A stretch of 60,667 nt of DNA, the filler included. It is 4 parts of 4 records of this genome, joined end to end, with 100 filler letters (N's around TTAATTAATTAA, not from the genome) between each part and the next. Parts side by side here need not be neighbours in the genome. Positions count along the whole stretch, not along the records: positions 1 to 15,052 come from SRR20825019_1229; 3 more parts are not named here. One strand, 5' to 3'. Shown here piece after piece: positions 1-8,315 of this stretch. Below the pieces are notes generated by a model. It saw only the letters and a list, made by a program, of their open reading frames with translations, did not search any database and was not told the DNA's origin. The position numbers and the translations under genes were made by a program. The stretch's first letter is position 1, and every line of letters begins with the position of its first letter.

Positions 1-47
1 GGGCACAGGGACGTGCCCAGCCACCTTTTTCACAACTTCAAAGGATG

Positions 48-1142
48 TTAATTTGCGAACACCACGCATACGGGCATGGGGACGCTGGCGGTATGCTCGG
101 TCGGCGTGAGTTTACCGGTTTCGGAATCGACCTTGAAAACGTTGAGCGAGTCGGATTGCTGATTCGCGGCGACGAGCCATTGGCCGTCGGGTGAGAGATT
201 GAAATTGCGCGGATTGCGCCCGCCGGTGGAGGTGTGATCAATCGGCGAGAGCCTGCCGGTGGCGGCATCAAACGCGAAGACGGCGATGCTGTCATGTCCA
301 CGATTGGAGCCGTAGACGAAATTGCCGTTCGGATGCACCCGCACTTCGGCCGTGGTGCTGTCTCCGGTGAAATCGGCGGGGAGGGTGGGTTGCGTATCGA
401 CTTCGGTCAGCGCGCCGGTCTCGGCGTCGTAAGCATAGGAGGACAATGTGCTGTTGAGCTCATTGATGACGAACAGGTGTTTGCCGTCGTTGCTGAATGC
501 GGAGTGACGCGGACCGGCTCCGGGGGCAGTGGCGATAAATGGCGTTGCGGCTGGCGTGAGCGTGGCCTGGGCGGCATCGAGGGCGTAGGTAAAGACCTTG
601 TCGAGGCCGAGATCGCAGACGATGACGAAGCGATTGTCGGGGGAGATATTCGCCGAATGCACGTGCGCGGCTTCCTGCCGATCCGGATTCACGCTGCTGC
701 CGCTGTGTTGATGGATGCTCTTTACCGGGCCGAGCGATCCGTCTTCATTGATCGGCATCGAAGCGACTTTCCCGTTGTGATAATGCGCGACGACGAGACA
801 GCGTTCCGTCGAATCGACCATGAGGTGGCAAGGAGCTTTACCGCCACTGTCGCGGGATACGTCGGGCACGAGTTTGCCGGTGTCGAGATCGACTGCGAAT
901 GGCGTGGCCATGGTCGCGCCTTCACTGACTGCATAAAGATGACTCTTGTCGTGGGAGAGCGCGACGAAGGTAGGATTGGCGGTGGTGGCGACGACTTCGG
1001 GCGTGGTGAGTTTGCCGGTGGTGGCGTCCATCTTCAGCGCATAGATGCCCTTGCTGGTGGAGCGGGTGTAGGTGCCGATGTAGATCAGGTGTTCGGAAGC
1101 AGATGCGGTAATACTCATAATGATAAAAAGGAGGAGACGCAT
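48..1142 (-). CDS. pgl: Lactonase family protein (6-phosphogluconolactonase-like beta-propeller) with signal peptide
   Basis: YIGTYT, HVHSANISPD, GAGPRH, SNRGHDSIAVF and PRNFNL motifs. Start moved to ATG 1142 (MRLLLFII...), just after the tdk stop. Confidence 0.85.
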   Translation of the reverse strand: MRLLLFIIMSITASASEHLIYIGTYTRSTSKGIYALKMDATTGKLTTPEVVATTANPTFVALSHDKSHLYAVSEGATMATPFAVDLDTGKLVPDVSRDSGGKAPCHLMVDSTERCLVVAHYHNGKVASMPINEDGSLGPVKSIHQHSGSSVNPDRQEAAHVHSANISPDNRFVIVCDLGLDKVFTYALDAAQATLTPAATPFIATAPGAGPRHSAFSNDGKHLFVINELNSTLSSYAYDAETGALTEVDTQPTLPADFTGDSTTAEVRVHPNGNFVYGSNRGHDSIAVFAFDAATGRLSPIDHTSTGGRNPRNFNLSPDGQWLVAANQQSDSLNVFKVDSETGKLTPTEHTASVPMPVCVVFAN

Positions 1143-1146
1143 GGGA

Positions 1147-1728
1147 TCAGGAAGCGGCAAGCGCTTCTTTGTAATGGGCGCGGCAAACCGCAACATAACG
1201 CTCATTGCCGCCGATTTCAACCTGCGCGCCTTCGTGCAGGGCTTTGCCGTCGGGACCGAGTCGCAGATTCATCGTGGCTTTGCGTCCGCAGTGGCAGATC
1301 GTTTTGAGTTCGATCAGATTGTCCGCGACTGCGAGCAGCCGTGCGCTGCCCGGAAACAAGTTGCCCAGGAAATCCGTGCGCAGCCCGTAGCAAAGCACGG
1401 CGATGTCGAGCGAATCGGCGATATCGGTGCATTGGTCGACCTGTTCGGCGGTGAGAAACTGGGCTTCATCAATCAACACGCAGGCGAGAGGATCATTCTC
1501 ATGGGAGAGGGTGACGCGTGCCAGCAGATCGTCCGATTCGGTGAACGATTCCGCGGGGGCTTCGAGTCCGATGCGTGATTTTACTCGGCCGACTCCGGAG
1601 CGATCATCGATCGCCGGTGCGAAAACCACCGTGCGCATCCCGCGCTCCTGATAGTTGTAGCTCGACTGGAGCAGCACCGTCGATTTGCCGGCGTTCATCG
1701 CAGAATAGTAAAAGTAAACTTTCGCCAT
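1147..1728 (-). CDS. tdk: Thymidine kinase
   Basis: [11 protein letters not shown]-loop, [15 protein letters not shown], Zn-binding CHCG and CRAH. Confidence 0.95.
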   Translation of the reverse strand: MAKVYFYYSAMNAGKSTVLLQSSYNYQERGMRTVVFAPAIDDRSGVGRVKSRIGLEAPAESFTESDDLLARVTLSHENDPLACVLIDEAQFLTAEQVDQCTDIADSLDIAVLCYGLRTDFLGNLFPGSARLLAVADNLIELKTICHCGRKATMNLRLGPDGKALHEGAQVEIGGNERYVAVCRAHYKEALAAS

Positions 1729-1802
1729 GGGGACTTCAGTAGAGCGAGCCATCCGATTTTCGGCGAACCGAAAACACTGGAGCTTCCGGAAGGGATTTAT
1801 TT

Positions 1803-1829
1803 ACCACAAAGAACTCAAAGAGCGCAAAG
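1803..1829 (+). repeat. 9-bp period purine-rich mini repeat
   Basis: ACCACAAAG AACTCAAAG AGCGCAAAG in intergenic DNA. A related CCCAAGGAA AACACGGAA lies at about 13942-13959. Confidence 0.5.
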
Positions 1830-1865
1830 CAGGGAGTGTTCGTTTAGCGCGGAATGGGGGAACGT

Positions 1866-2264
1866 TTACTCGGTCGCCTTCTTCTCCATAGCCAGATCGT
1901 TAATCGCTTTGCCCGTTTCGGCACCGATGTAGTAATCGCCATTAGCATAGCCGCCGTAGGTTTGGATTCTATCGCCGTGGTGCACGCTGATTTGGCCGAG
2001 AGGCTTACTTTGATTTGAGAATTCTATTCTGGGATAAGCCACGCAAAGACAGTGTTCTCGGGCTTCTAGAATTTTTGCCAGACGTTCCTGCCACTCCTGA
2101 TCGGCGAATGTCACTTTTACGGAGCCTTCGGGGGTGTAGTAGCTGATCGTCACAGAATCGCTGAACCGAGCCTGAAAGGCCAGATCGGCAGCTTCGTTTG
2201 ATGCGGATGCGAACATCGTCAACGATCCAACAAATATGAAGAGGGCAGAGAGGATCGTTTTCAT
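1866..2264 (-). CDS. Hypothetical secreted protein
   Basis: 132-aa ORF with N-terminal signal peptide (MKTILSALFIFVGSLTMFASAS). ATGA overlap with the upstream gene. Confidence 0.65.
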   Translation of the reverse strand: MKTILSALFIFVGSLTMFASASNEAADLAFQARFSDSVTISYYTPEGSVKVTFADQEWQERLAKILEAREHCLCVAYPRIEFSNQSKPLGQISVHHGDRIQTYGGYANGDYYIGAETGKAINDLAMEKKATE

Positions 2265-2812
2265 TGGGCTGGTTTCGGTGCTTTCAAAGCTTTGCTGTAG
2301 AAGCCGGAGGGATCAAAGCAGCACACCCGCTTCTTGCCTTTGGCCAGCATATCGCAGGCACCGTGAATGCGTTTCTCACGCGTCTTCGCTTGTTTGGCCG
2401 TGACCACCCAATGAATCCAATCCAAACGGGCAATTGTCGTCGTTGCATCCCAAGTTTGGCGTGCCTTGGGAGCCGCTGAAAGTGCCTTGGCAAAGTCAGT
2501 GGGCACTTCGGGATCAGGTTCTTCATCCACGGGGGACAACTCGATCGTGAGGCGATCACCGACCGAAGCTCCCACGGCTGCCTGAAGCTCTTGATTTACT
2601 TTTAGCCAATGGCTCAGTTGACCATCCGGTTCTAAAGTGGCCTGAAAGGCATGTCCATTGATGGTGCCTGTTACCGTCGTCCGTCCACGCCGGGGAAGTG
2701 CCTCGCTCACTGCTTTCGGAATCAGGCAAAACGTCCACGAGCGATCATCACCAGTGCTCTCCGGAAAATGGAGTTCGGTCTCAAACTGGAATGTGTTCTG
2801 ATTTGTCGACAT
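2261..2812 (-). CDS. DUF1905 + YdeI/OmpD-associated domain protein
   Basis: N-terminal RGRTTVTGTING...HWLKV (DUF1905-like) and C-terminal EVPTDFAKAL...AKQAKTREKRI (YdeI/OmpD-like). Confidence 0.8.
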   Translation of the reverse strand: MSTNQNTFQFETELHFPESTGDDRSWTFCLIPKAVSEALPRRGRTTVTGTINGHAFQATLEPDGQLSHWLKVNQELQAAVGASVGDRLTIELSPVDEEPDPEVPTDFAKALSAAPKARQTWDATTTIARLDWIHWVVTAKQAKTREKRIHGACDMLAKGKKRVCCFDPSGFYSKALKAPKPAQ

Positions 2813-2820
2813 GGAGTGAA

Positions 2821-2844
2821 TTGGATGAACCGGCCATGTTCGGC
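2821..2844 (-). mobile_element. Truncated attC-like half site (R'' GCCGAAC plus L''-like arm)
   Basis: Minus strand TAA G GCCGAAC ATGGCC GGTTCATCCAA directly after the stop of 2846-3109. R'' is the exact complement of that cassette's leading GTTCGGC. No partner arm found. Confidence 0.55.
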
Positions 2845-2845
2845 C

Positions 2846-3109
2846 TTAGTGTTCTGGGAAGCCTGGCCATACGATCTTCACAATATCCATAGATTTCTTC
2901 ATCTTAATTTTAGTCTCTGCCGATAGCCAGCTAGCGTCTTCTTTTCTTATCGTTGTAATCTTCTGACCTAATTCGCCCAGCAACTCGGATCCTGTAGTCC
3001 ATGCTGCGTGGTGTAGCATGTGATCCATCGCAATAGCTTCTTCCGTAAGTCCGTCTTCCTTGAGTGATGCTATCAACTCATCAAAAGGTTCGTAACTAAT
3101 GGTATTCAT
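2846..3109 (-). CDS. Hypothetical protein, integron gene cassette 2
   Basis: 87-aa AT-richer ORF bounded by GTTCGGC just upstream of the ATG and GCCGAAC just after the stop. Contains a WTTGSELLGELG motif. Confidence 0.7.
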   Translation of the reverse strand: MNTISYEPFDELIASLKEDGLTEEAIAMDHMLHHAAWTTGSELLGELGQKITTIRKEDASWLSAETKIKMKKSMDIVKIVWPGFPEH

Positions 3110-3116
3110 TTCTTTT

Positions 3117-3182
3117 GCCGAACTTGAAGTTTACACAAGATCGAGCCGCAGGTGAGCGATTGTGTGCAGCGTCTGGTTCTGC
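3117..3182 (-). mobile_element. attC integron recombination site (66 bp)
   Basis: Minus strand GCAGAAC-CAGAC-GCTGCACACAA...TTGTGTAAAC-TTCAA-GTTCGGC. R''/R' boxes have AAC/GTT, 5-bp spacers, and L arms that pair with one extrahelical base. Confidence 0.8.
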
Positions 3183-3183
3183 T

Positions 3184-3846
3184 TCAGTTTTCGAGACTTC
3201 CGGAAATCAGATCTACCGTGAAAACGATGGTTGATTTTACGTCATCGAGGTCAAAATCGCTCCATTGTGCGTGTGTGGCTTTAGTGCGAACATCCGCAGC
3301 AGCCCGAGCTCTCTTCGCTTTGGTTGCCGTAAGGAGATCAGCCTTCGCTAGTTCAGTAATCAATACATCAAGTTTCCTGCCTGGCTCTTCGATTGAATTT
3401 TTTCGCGCGATCGCTCGGATAGTATCTTCAAACACCACGCCGGCGATTGCACCAGATTCGTTTTTCATTCCATTTTTTGCGTATTCCTTCGCATGATCTA
3501 GAAAGTCGTCAAAGACTTCTGCCCTGACATGGTCCGATACCGATGCCACAAGGCCTAATTCAGCATCCTTGACCAGGTTATTCAGAATCTCGATAATCTC
3601 ACCAACAGCCGATGGTGCCATATATCCGTGATCATTAGAAGTAATGCGGTGAACAGACTTTCGGTATTCAGAAGTTTCTCTAGGAACAACGATCTCAACG
3701 ATATTCGCTGCTGCGCCGATCCATCCCATACATTGCTGACGGTGTTTATCTGACTTCGCTTGCCCGTGCTCGTTACCTCTCGAAAATTGAGTCCCTTCGG
3801 AGATCAATTCTTTAATCCGAGTCTTTACTGATTCATCTAGTGCCAT
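3184..3846 (-). CDS. HEPN/DUF4145-like protein, integron gene cassette 1
   Basis: 220-aa AT-richer ORF. C-terminal AGVVFEDTIR...DVRTKATHAQ has the R-x4-H motif in a helical HEPN-like context. Bounded by GTTCTGC and GCAGAAC. Confidence 0.7.
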   Translation of the reverse strand: MALDESVKTRIKELISEGTQFSRGNEHGQAKSDKHRQQCMGWIGAAANIVEIVVPRETSEYRKSVHRITSNDHGYMAPSAVGEIIEILNNLVKDAELGLVASVSDHVRAEVFDDFLDHAKEYAKNGMKNESGAIAGVVFEDTIRAIARKNSIEEPGRKLDVLITELAKADLLTATKAKRARAAADVRTKATHAQWSDFDLDDVKSTIVFTVDLISGSLEN

Positions 3847-3862
3847 GCTATATATTCTTTCT

Positions 3863-3900
3863 GCAGAACAGTGTTATTTGGCCTAACTCAAAAGCCTAAT
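3863..3900 (-). mobile_element. attI-like site heading the cassette array
   Basis: Minus strand ATTAGGC TTTTGA GTTAGGC CAAATAACACT GTTCTGC: a crossover core GTT preceded by direct repeats of the GTTRRRY core, with no attC-type hairpin. Confidence 0.5.
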
Positions 3901-4087
3901 TGGGGTGGGGCATATTGAAATAGCATAATCTAAATCACTGAACGGCAAGAAATGATTGATTTGAGATAGGCTTTGCGCGGGTGCGGTAGACGTCTGCTAA
4001 AGACTACAGAGCTGGCGCTTATCAACATGTCGTCAGTCGGAGCCTTCTATTTAGTCGATATGGGCTACAGGTCGCTCTGAAATCGCT

Positions 4088-4660
4088 TTAGTCGAGGCGC
4101 GGGGAAGGGAAGTCCACTTCGGCGGCGGTGGCGGTGGCGGCTTTTCTTCCGGGGTAAGTCAGCCATGTCATCGTGATGTTTAAATCGGTGACGAGATGGG
4201 AGGCGGGGATGATCGAGCCCTCACCGAGATCGGTGTCATCGGTGGTGTGGGCATCCTTGAGCAGGGTGAGATCGTAGCCGCGGTCGAGGGTGGCATAGGC
4301 CGTGGCGCGCACGCACCAATTGGATTGAGCGCCGGCGAGCATGACATGCGAGGCTTCCAATCGGGAGAGCTGATCTTCCAGATCGGTTTCCTCAAAGGAG
4401 GATTCGAATCGTTTGTAAACGTGTCCTTCGCCTTCAATCGGCACCAGTTCCGGCACCAACTGCCAGACGGCCGAGTCGCGGGGAAGATTTTCACTTTCGT
4501 GCTGCACCCAAATGACCGGAACGCCCTGCTCGCGGGCCCGGGTGACCGCGCGATTTATATTCCCAATGACACGCGACGCCTCCCAGGCATTGGACATGAC
4601 GCCGACTTGCACGTCGACGATGACCAAGGTGGTTTTCTGGCCGGGACGCAGGGCGCTCAT
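4088..4660 (-). CDS. Isochorismatase-family cysteine hydrolase
   Basis: LVIVDVQ, K...SSF and AGAQSNWCVRATA give the D-K-C triad pattern. Confidence 0.9.
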   Translation of the reverse strand: MSALRPGQKTTLVIVDVQVGVMSNAWEASRVIGNINRAVTRAREQGVPVIWVQHESENLPRDSAVWQLVPELVPIEGEGHVYKRFESSFEETDLEDQLSRLEASHVMLAGAQSNWCVRATAYATLDRGYDLTLLKDAHTTDDTDLGEGSIIPASHLVTDLNITMTWLTYPGRKAATATAAEVDFPSPRLD

Positions 4661-4672
4661 GACGTTGTCATC

Positions 4673-7600
4673 TTACTTAGCGTTGGTGATTGCTGGATCG
4701 GTGCCGAGGGTTCCCCGGAGGCTCTTCAGGTAGTCGGTGGATTGCACTCGGGCCAATTCAGCCTTGGCTGCTTCGAGTCGATCGGCGACGCCGAGGCGGT
4801 TGGCTTCATGGGCGTAGCTGGAGCGATCGAGGAAGCCGGTCAGGTAATCGCAATGGCGCTGCCATTGGGCGATGTCGTTGCGTTGTTTGGTGGCCAGGCG
4901 TTCCTGATACCAGTCGCTGGCGAGGACGGCATCGCGGTCGAAGTGGGCACGGATTTCGGGATGGGAGAGATCCTTGCCTTCGTATTCACCGTCACGCATC
5001 AGGTGGAGAAGCACGCGGAGCGGCGGGCAGGCTTGATCGATACTGCCATCGGAGAAATAGTTGGCGGCCACGCGTTTTTGGGTGGCGACGATGTTGTCCA
5101 TGCCATCGACAAACTGCGCCATGTCCTGCTTTTCAGGCCGCAACATTTCGGGCGTGAAGACGGAATGGGGATGATTGAAGACGCGGCCACAGAAGTGAGT
5201 GATGAACTTGCGGGTGACGCGGTAACCGAGGTGGCTGGCGCGAACCGTTTTGCCGTCGTGGGTGAAGTCTTCGCAGCGTTCGAGGAAGCCGCCCTCGATC
5301 AGCGATTTCGGGTCGCGTTCTTCAACACCCATTCGGCACCAAACTTCGGGCACGAGCAGACTCACATCGTGATCCATGCGCGCTTTCGGGCCGACGACCC
5401 CGGCGGAGGAGAGGAATCCCGCGTAGCCGGTCACACAGAAGGAAACAAACGCGGCGTTAAGATCGTAGATCGGCGGCAGCGCGTTGAAGGGACCCTTGGT
5501 GAGCGCACCTTCGGAACCGGCTCCAGTGGTGGAGGGCGATTTACCGGTCATGCTGCAGATGAACTCGATAAAGAGCTCGGGCAGTTCCATGTAGTGCAGC
5601 GGATTGTAAACGGCGAGTGGCCGGATCCCGGCGACGGGATCGGCAGCGTTGTTGCGGCGACCGGCGAGCACGGCATTGACGGGTGTGAGCACGGGTTGCG
5701 GGAAGGCCACCTTACGCATCAAGCGCAGACCGGCTTCAGCGATGTAGCTTTCACGCGGATTGAGCAGGCTGGTGCGAATTTGTAAGTAACGCGGATTCTT
5801 GGTGGGTTTGCCATCGACGATCCGCGGATGAGCGGAAGAAACAAAATACTCGGGATTACCTTCCTGCGCGCCACGGATCAGCTCCTGCATCGGCGGGGTG
5901 AATTGATCGAAGCCCATGGCTTCCTCAACCATGTCACGGGCTTGTTCCGCCGTCATGGGTTCGTAGTTCGAGAAGAAGGTGCCGGACTTGGAGAAATCGA
6001 GCTCGGTCTGGTGATCGTAGCCGCGATGGATCGCATCGTCGGGACGTTGGAAGAGGCGGAATTCGCAGTTTTGAACAAACTTGACCGAAGGTTCGATCGA
6101 CGATGCGCCGAGTCCGCTGAGCTGATCGCGGGGCGCGACCACACTGGCAGTGATGTCGTCCTCCATCTGGATCTTGAGCGCGGGGAGGAAGTCCTTGCGG
6201 AGACCAAAGGTGCGCCAGGATCCGTCTTCGCCAAAACCGACGCGCAGGAAACTCGATTCGATGCGCTGGCCTTCAAAACGGAGTTCGTTGGCCGGAGTGC
6301 CGTTGATGATATCGACTCCGAAGTGCGAACGCCAATCGTTGCCCCATTCGGAGCGGTAGAAGCGTTTGACCACCAGCACGAGTTCCTTGATGTGCGGCGG
6401 AATGGTATCGAGCCACTGATTGTATTCGCCGGAGAATTCAGCGGGCGCGGGAGTGAGCAGTTTGATGACCGAACCGAGCGAACGATCCTCACTGAGTATC
6501 TTCCGAGGGTCATTGCCGCGCTTGGATTCGTCACGGTAGCGTTGGCCGAAATCGTGGTCGAGAAGCTCGGCGACGGCGTCGAGATCCTTCTGGAAGTGGG
6601 CCACGTAAACCGGACCGGCGATAATCGCATCGGAGAGACTCTTGGAAATCTCGGATTTGCCCCCGCCGGAAACGGTGCAGGGTTTGTGACAGAGCGTGCA
6701 TTCGGCATGGGTGCCGACGAGTTTCCAGACGCGACTGTTGCGCTGCTTTTCCAAATGCACCTTGAAGCCGGAAGGCAGAATATAACAGGTGTTGGAACGC
6801 AGGGGATAGGTGATGGTATCACCGTTGTGTGGCCAGCTGACGGTCGGGCCGTTCAGTTTGAAATGTGCATCGGCGGGCACGTAAATGATATCGGGATACT
6901 GGCGATCGAGAGCGCTCCCGTCGGGTTGCGGGAGAGCATTGTCGCCGAGCAGCGCGAGAGCTTCCTCCATCGTGCGCGGGTATTTGTGCGTGACGCGGGC
7001 GGCCGCGAAATCGGCGGACAAATCATAACGGGTGAAGAGGAGCGCGCCGCCGGCGTGTTCTTCTTCGGCGAGACCGAGGAGATTGGCCGCGTAGCTGATC
7101 TGCGTCTTCACCTCTTTTTTGCAGTAGCCGAAATAGTTGTCGGAAATCACGGTGACGATCACGCCATTGGCGTCGCGGCAGGTAGCCTTGAACGCACCGC
7201 CGTCGTTGTATTTTTCGTCGGGCTCTTGCCAGCACATACCATCGCGTTGCTGACGTTCCGTGGCGTCGTCGTAATGCGGCAGACCGAGTTCCTTTTTGGT
7301 CAACAGAGTGAGATGAGGCGCGAGCACAACGCAGCCGGTGTGGCCGCTCCAATGTTCGGGATCGAGGGCGGAATCGTTTTCGGGGAGGCGCGGATCACCG
7401 GCGTTGCCGAAGATGCTTTCGACGAAATCGAGATTGCTGACGAGACTGCCCGGAACGAAGAAACGGACTTCCAGTTTTTTCTCTTCGGTGAATCCCGGCA
7501 CGGCGGGGCATACGACCGGCCGCAGGAGTAACGAGACCATGCATTCGGCGGGCTCGGGTTGGGTGGAAAGAAAGGGCAGGCGTTTGGCTTCGGCGGGCGG

Positions 7601-8137
7601 ATTGAGGGCTGCCGTGAGGAGCTTGGCGAAAACGGCCTTGGGGACACCCTTCTTATCGTCGGGGACGGGCAGACCACCTTCGGCCACATGGAAGATGCCC
7701 TTCGTGGTGCGGCGATCGCTGTGCGGATTGTGAAGCACCCCTTGGCGCACGCGGTAGGAAGTGATGATGTCGGATTTAAAGGAATCCTGATCCGGTGGAA
7801 GGGAGAGGGTGCGGGCCAAACCGTAGCGATCGAGCACGAAGCTGGATGAAGGCAGGCGAGGAGCCGTATCGCCCAGAGTGGTATCGAGGTAATCCTGAAT
7901 GCGCTGATCGACGGGGCAGAGGTGCTGGGAAAGGAGGCGATCTTTTTCGCGGCTGAGGGCGACGAGGCCGCTGGCGATTTCGTCGAGGCCGGTGTCCTGT
8001 TTTAGCGGAAAAGTCGGGCAGCCGAGATAGCGCAACCGCAGGTTGATGTAGAGGAGCAGATTGCGCTCGTCTTCCGGGGTAGGGGTGGACGACAGACCGA
8101 TGCGATTGAGTTGTTCCGCGGGAAGTTGACCATTCAT
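4673..8137 (-). CDS. Pyrophosphate-dependent phosphoenolpyruvate carboxykinase (PPi-PEPCK)
   Basis: About 1150 aa with DNYFGYCKKEVKTQISY, HKPCTVSGGGKSEISKS and TGKSPSTTGAGSEGALTKGPFN motifs. Start moved to ATG 8137. Confidence 0.85.
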   Translation of the reverse strand: MNGQLPAEQLNRIGLSSTPTPEDERNLLLYINLRLRYLGCPTFPLKQDTGLDEIASGLVALSREKDRLLSQHLCPVDQRIQDYLDTTLGDTAPRLPSSSFVLDRYGLARTLSLPPDQDSFKSDIITSYRVRQGVLHNPHSDRRTTKGIFHVAEGGLPVPDDKKGVPKAVFAKLLTAALNPPAEAKRLPFLSTQPEPAECMVSLLLRPVVCPAVPGFTEEKKLEVRFFVPGSLVSNLDFVESIFGNAGDPRLPENDSALDPEHWSGHTGCVVLAPHLTLLTKKELGLPHYDDATERQQRDGMCWQEPDEKYNDGGAFKATCRDANGVIVTVISDNYFGYCKKEVKTQISYAANLLGLAEEEHAGGALLFTRYDLSADFAAARVTHKYPRTMEEALALLGDNALPQPDGSALDRQYPDIIYVPADAHFKLNGPTVSWPHNGDTITYPLRSNTCYILPSGFKVHLEKQRNSRVWKLVGTHAECTLCHKPCTVSGGGKSEISKSLSDAIIAGPVYVAHFQKDLDAVAELLDHDFGQRYRDESKRGNDPRKILSEDRSLGSVIKLLTPAPAEFSGEYNQWLDTIPPHIKELVLVVKRFYRSEWGNDWRSHFGVDIINGTPANELRFEGQRIESSFLRVGFGEDGSWRTFGLRKDFLPALKIQMEDDITASVVAPRDQLSGLGASSIEPSVKFVQNCEFRLFQRPDDAIHRGYDHQTELDFSKSGTFFSNYEPMTAEQARDMVEEAMGFDQFTPPMQELIRGAQEGNPEYFVSSAHPRIVDGKPTKNPRYLQIRTSLLNPRESYIAEAGLRLMRKVAFPQPVLTPVNAVLAGRRNNAADPVAGIRPLAVYNPLHYMELPELFIEFICSMTGKSPSTTGAGSEGALTKGPFNALPPIYDLNAAFVSFCVTGYAGFLSSAGVVGPKARMDHDVSLLVPEVWCRMGVEERDPKSLIEGGFLERCEDFTHDGKTVRASHLGYRVTRKFITHFCGRVFNHPHSVFTPEMLRPEKQDMAQFVDGMDNIVATQKRVAANYFSDGSIDQACPPLRVLLHLMRDGEYEGKDLSHPEIRAHFDRDAVLASDWYQERLATKQRNDIAQWQRHCDYLTGFLDRSSYAHEANRLGVADRLEAAKAELARVQSTDYLKSLRGTLGTDPAITNAK

Positions 8138-8315
8138 GGGTATAACAAAATCAGGAGACACAGCTACCCCGCAAGCATTGCCGATGCCATCGGGGGAATT
8201 GTTTTCATGGATTTCACACGAAAAAGCTTTTCGTCGCTCTGTGACGGGTAAAGCTGCCACGGCATATTTAGCCCTGCTTACCCGGTTAGTCAGATTCCCA
8301 ATCCCCTTTAGACTC

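Noticed and set aside
1866-2812. DUF1905 gene and secreted hypothetical as further integron cassettes
   Set aside because: There is no GTT/AAC-bounded attC after either gene, and they overlap as an ordinary ATGA-coupled pair.
4196-7531. Long plus-strand ORFs (529 aa and 567 aa) and similar ORFs such as 234-1307, 19756-20796 and 57992-59063
   Set aside because: They are antisense shadows of well-supported genes in GC-rich DNA and have no recognisable motifs.
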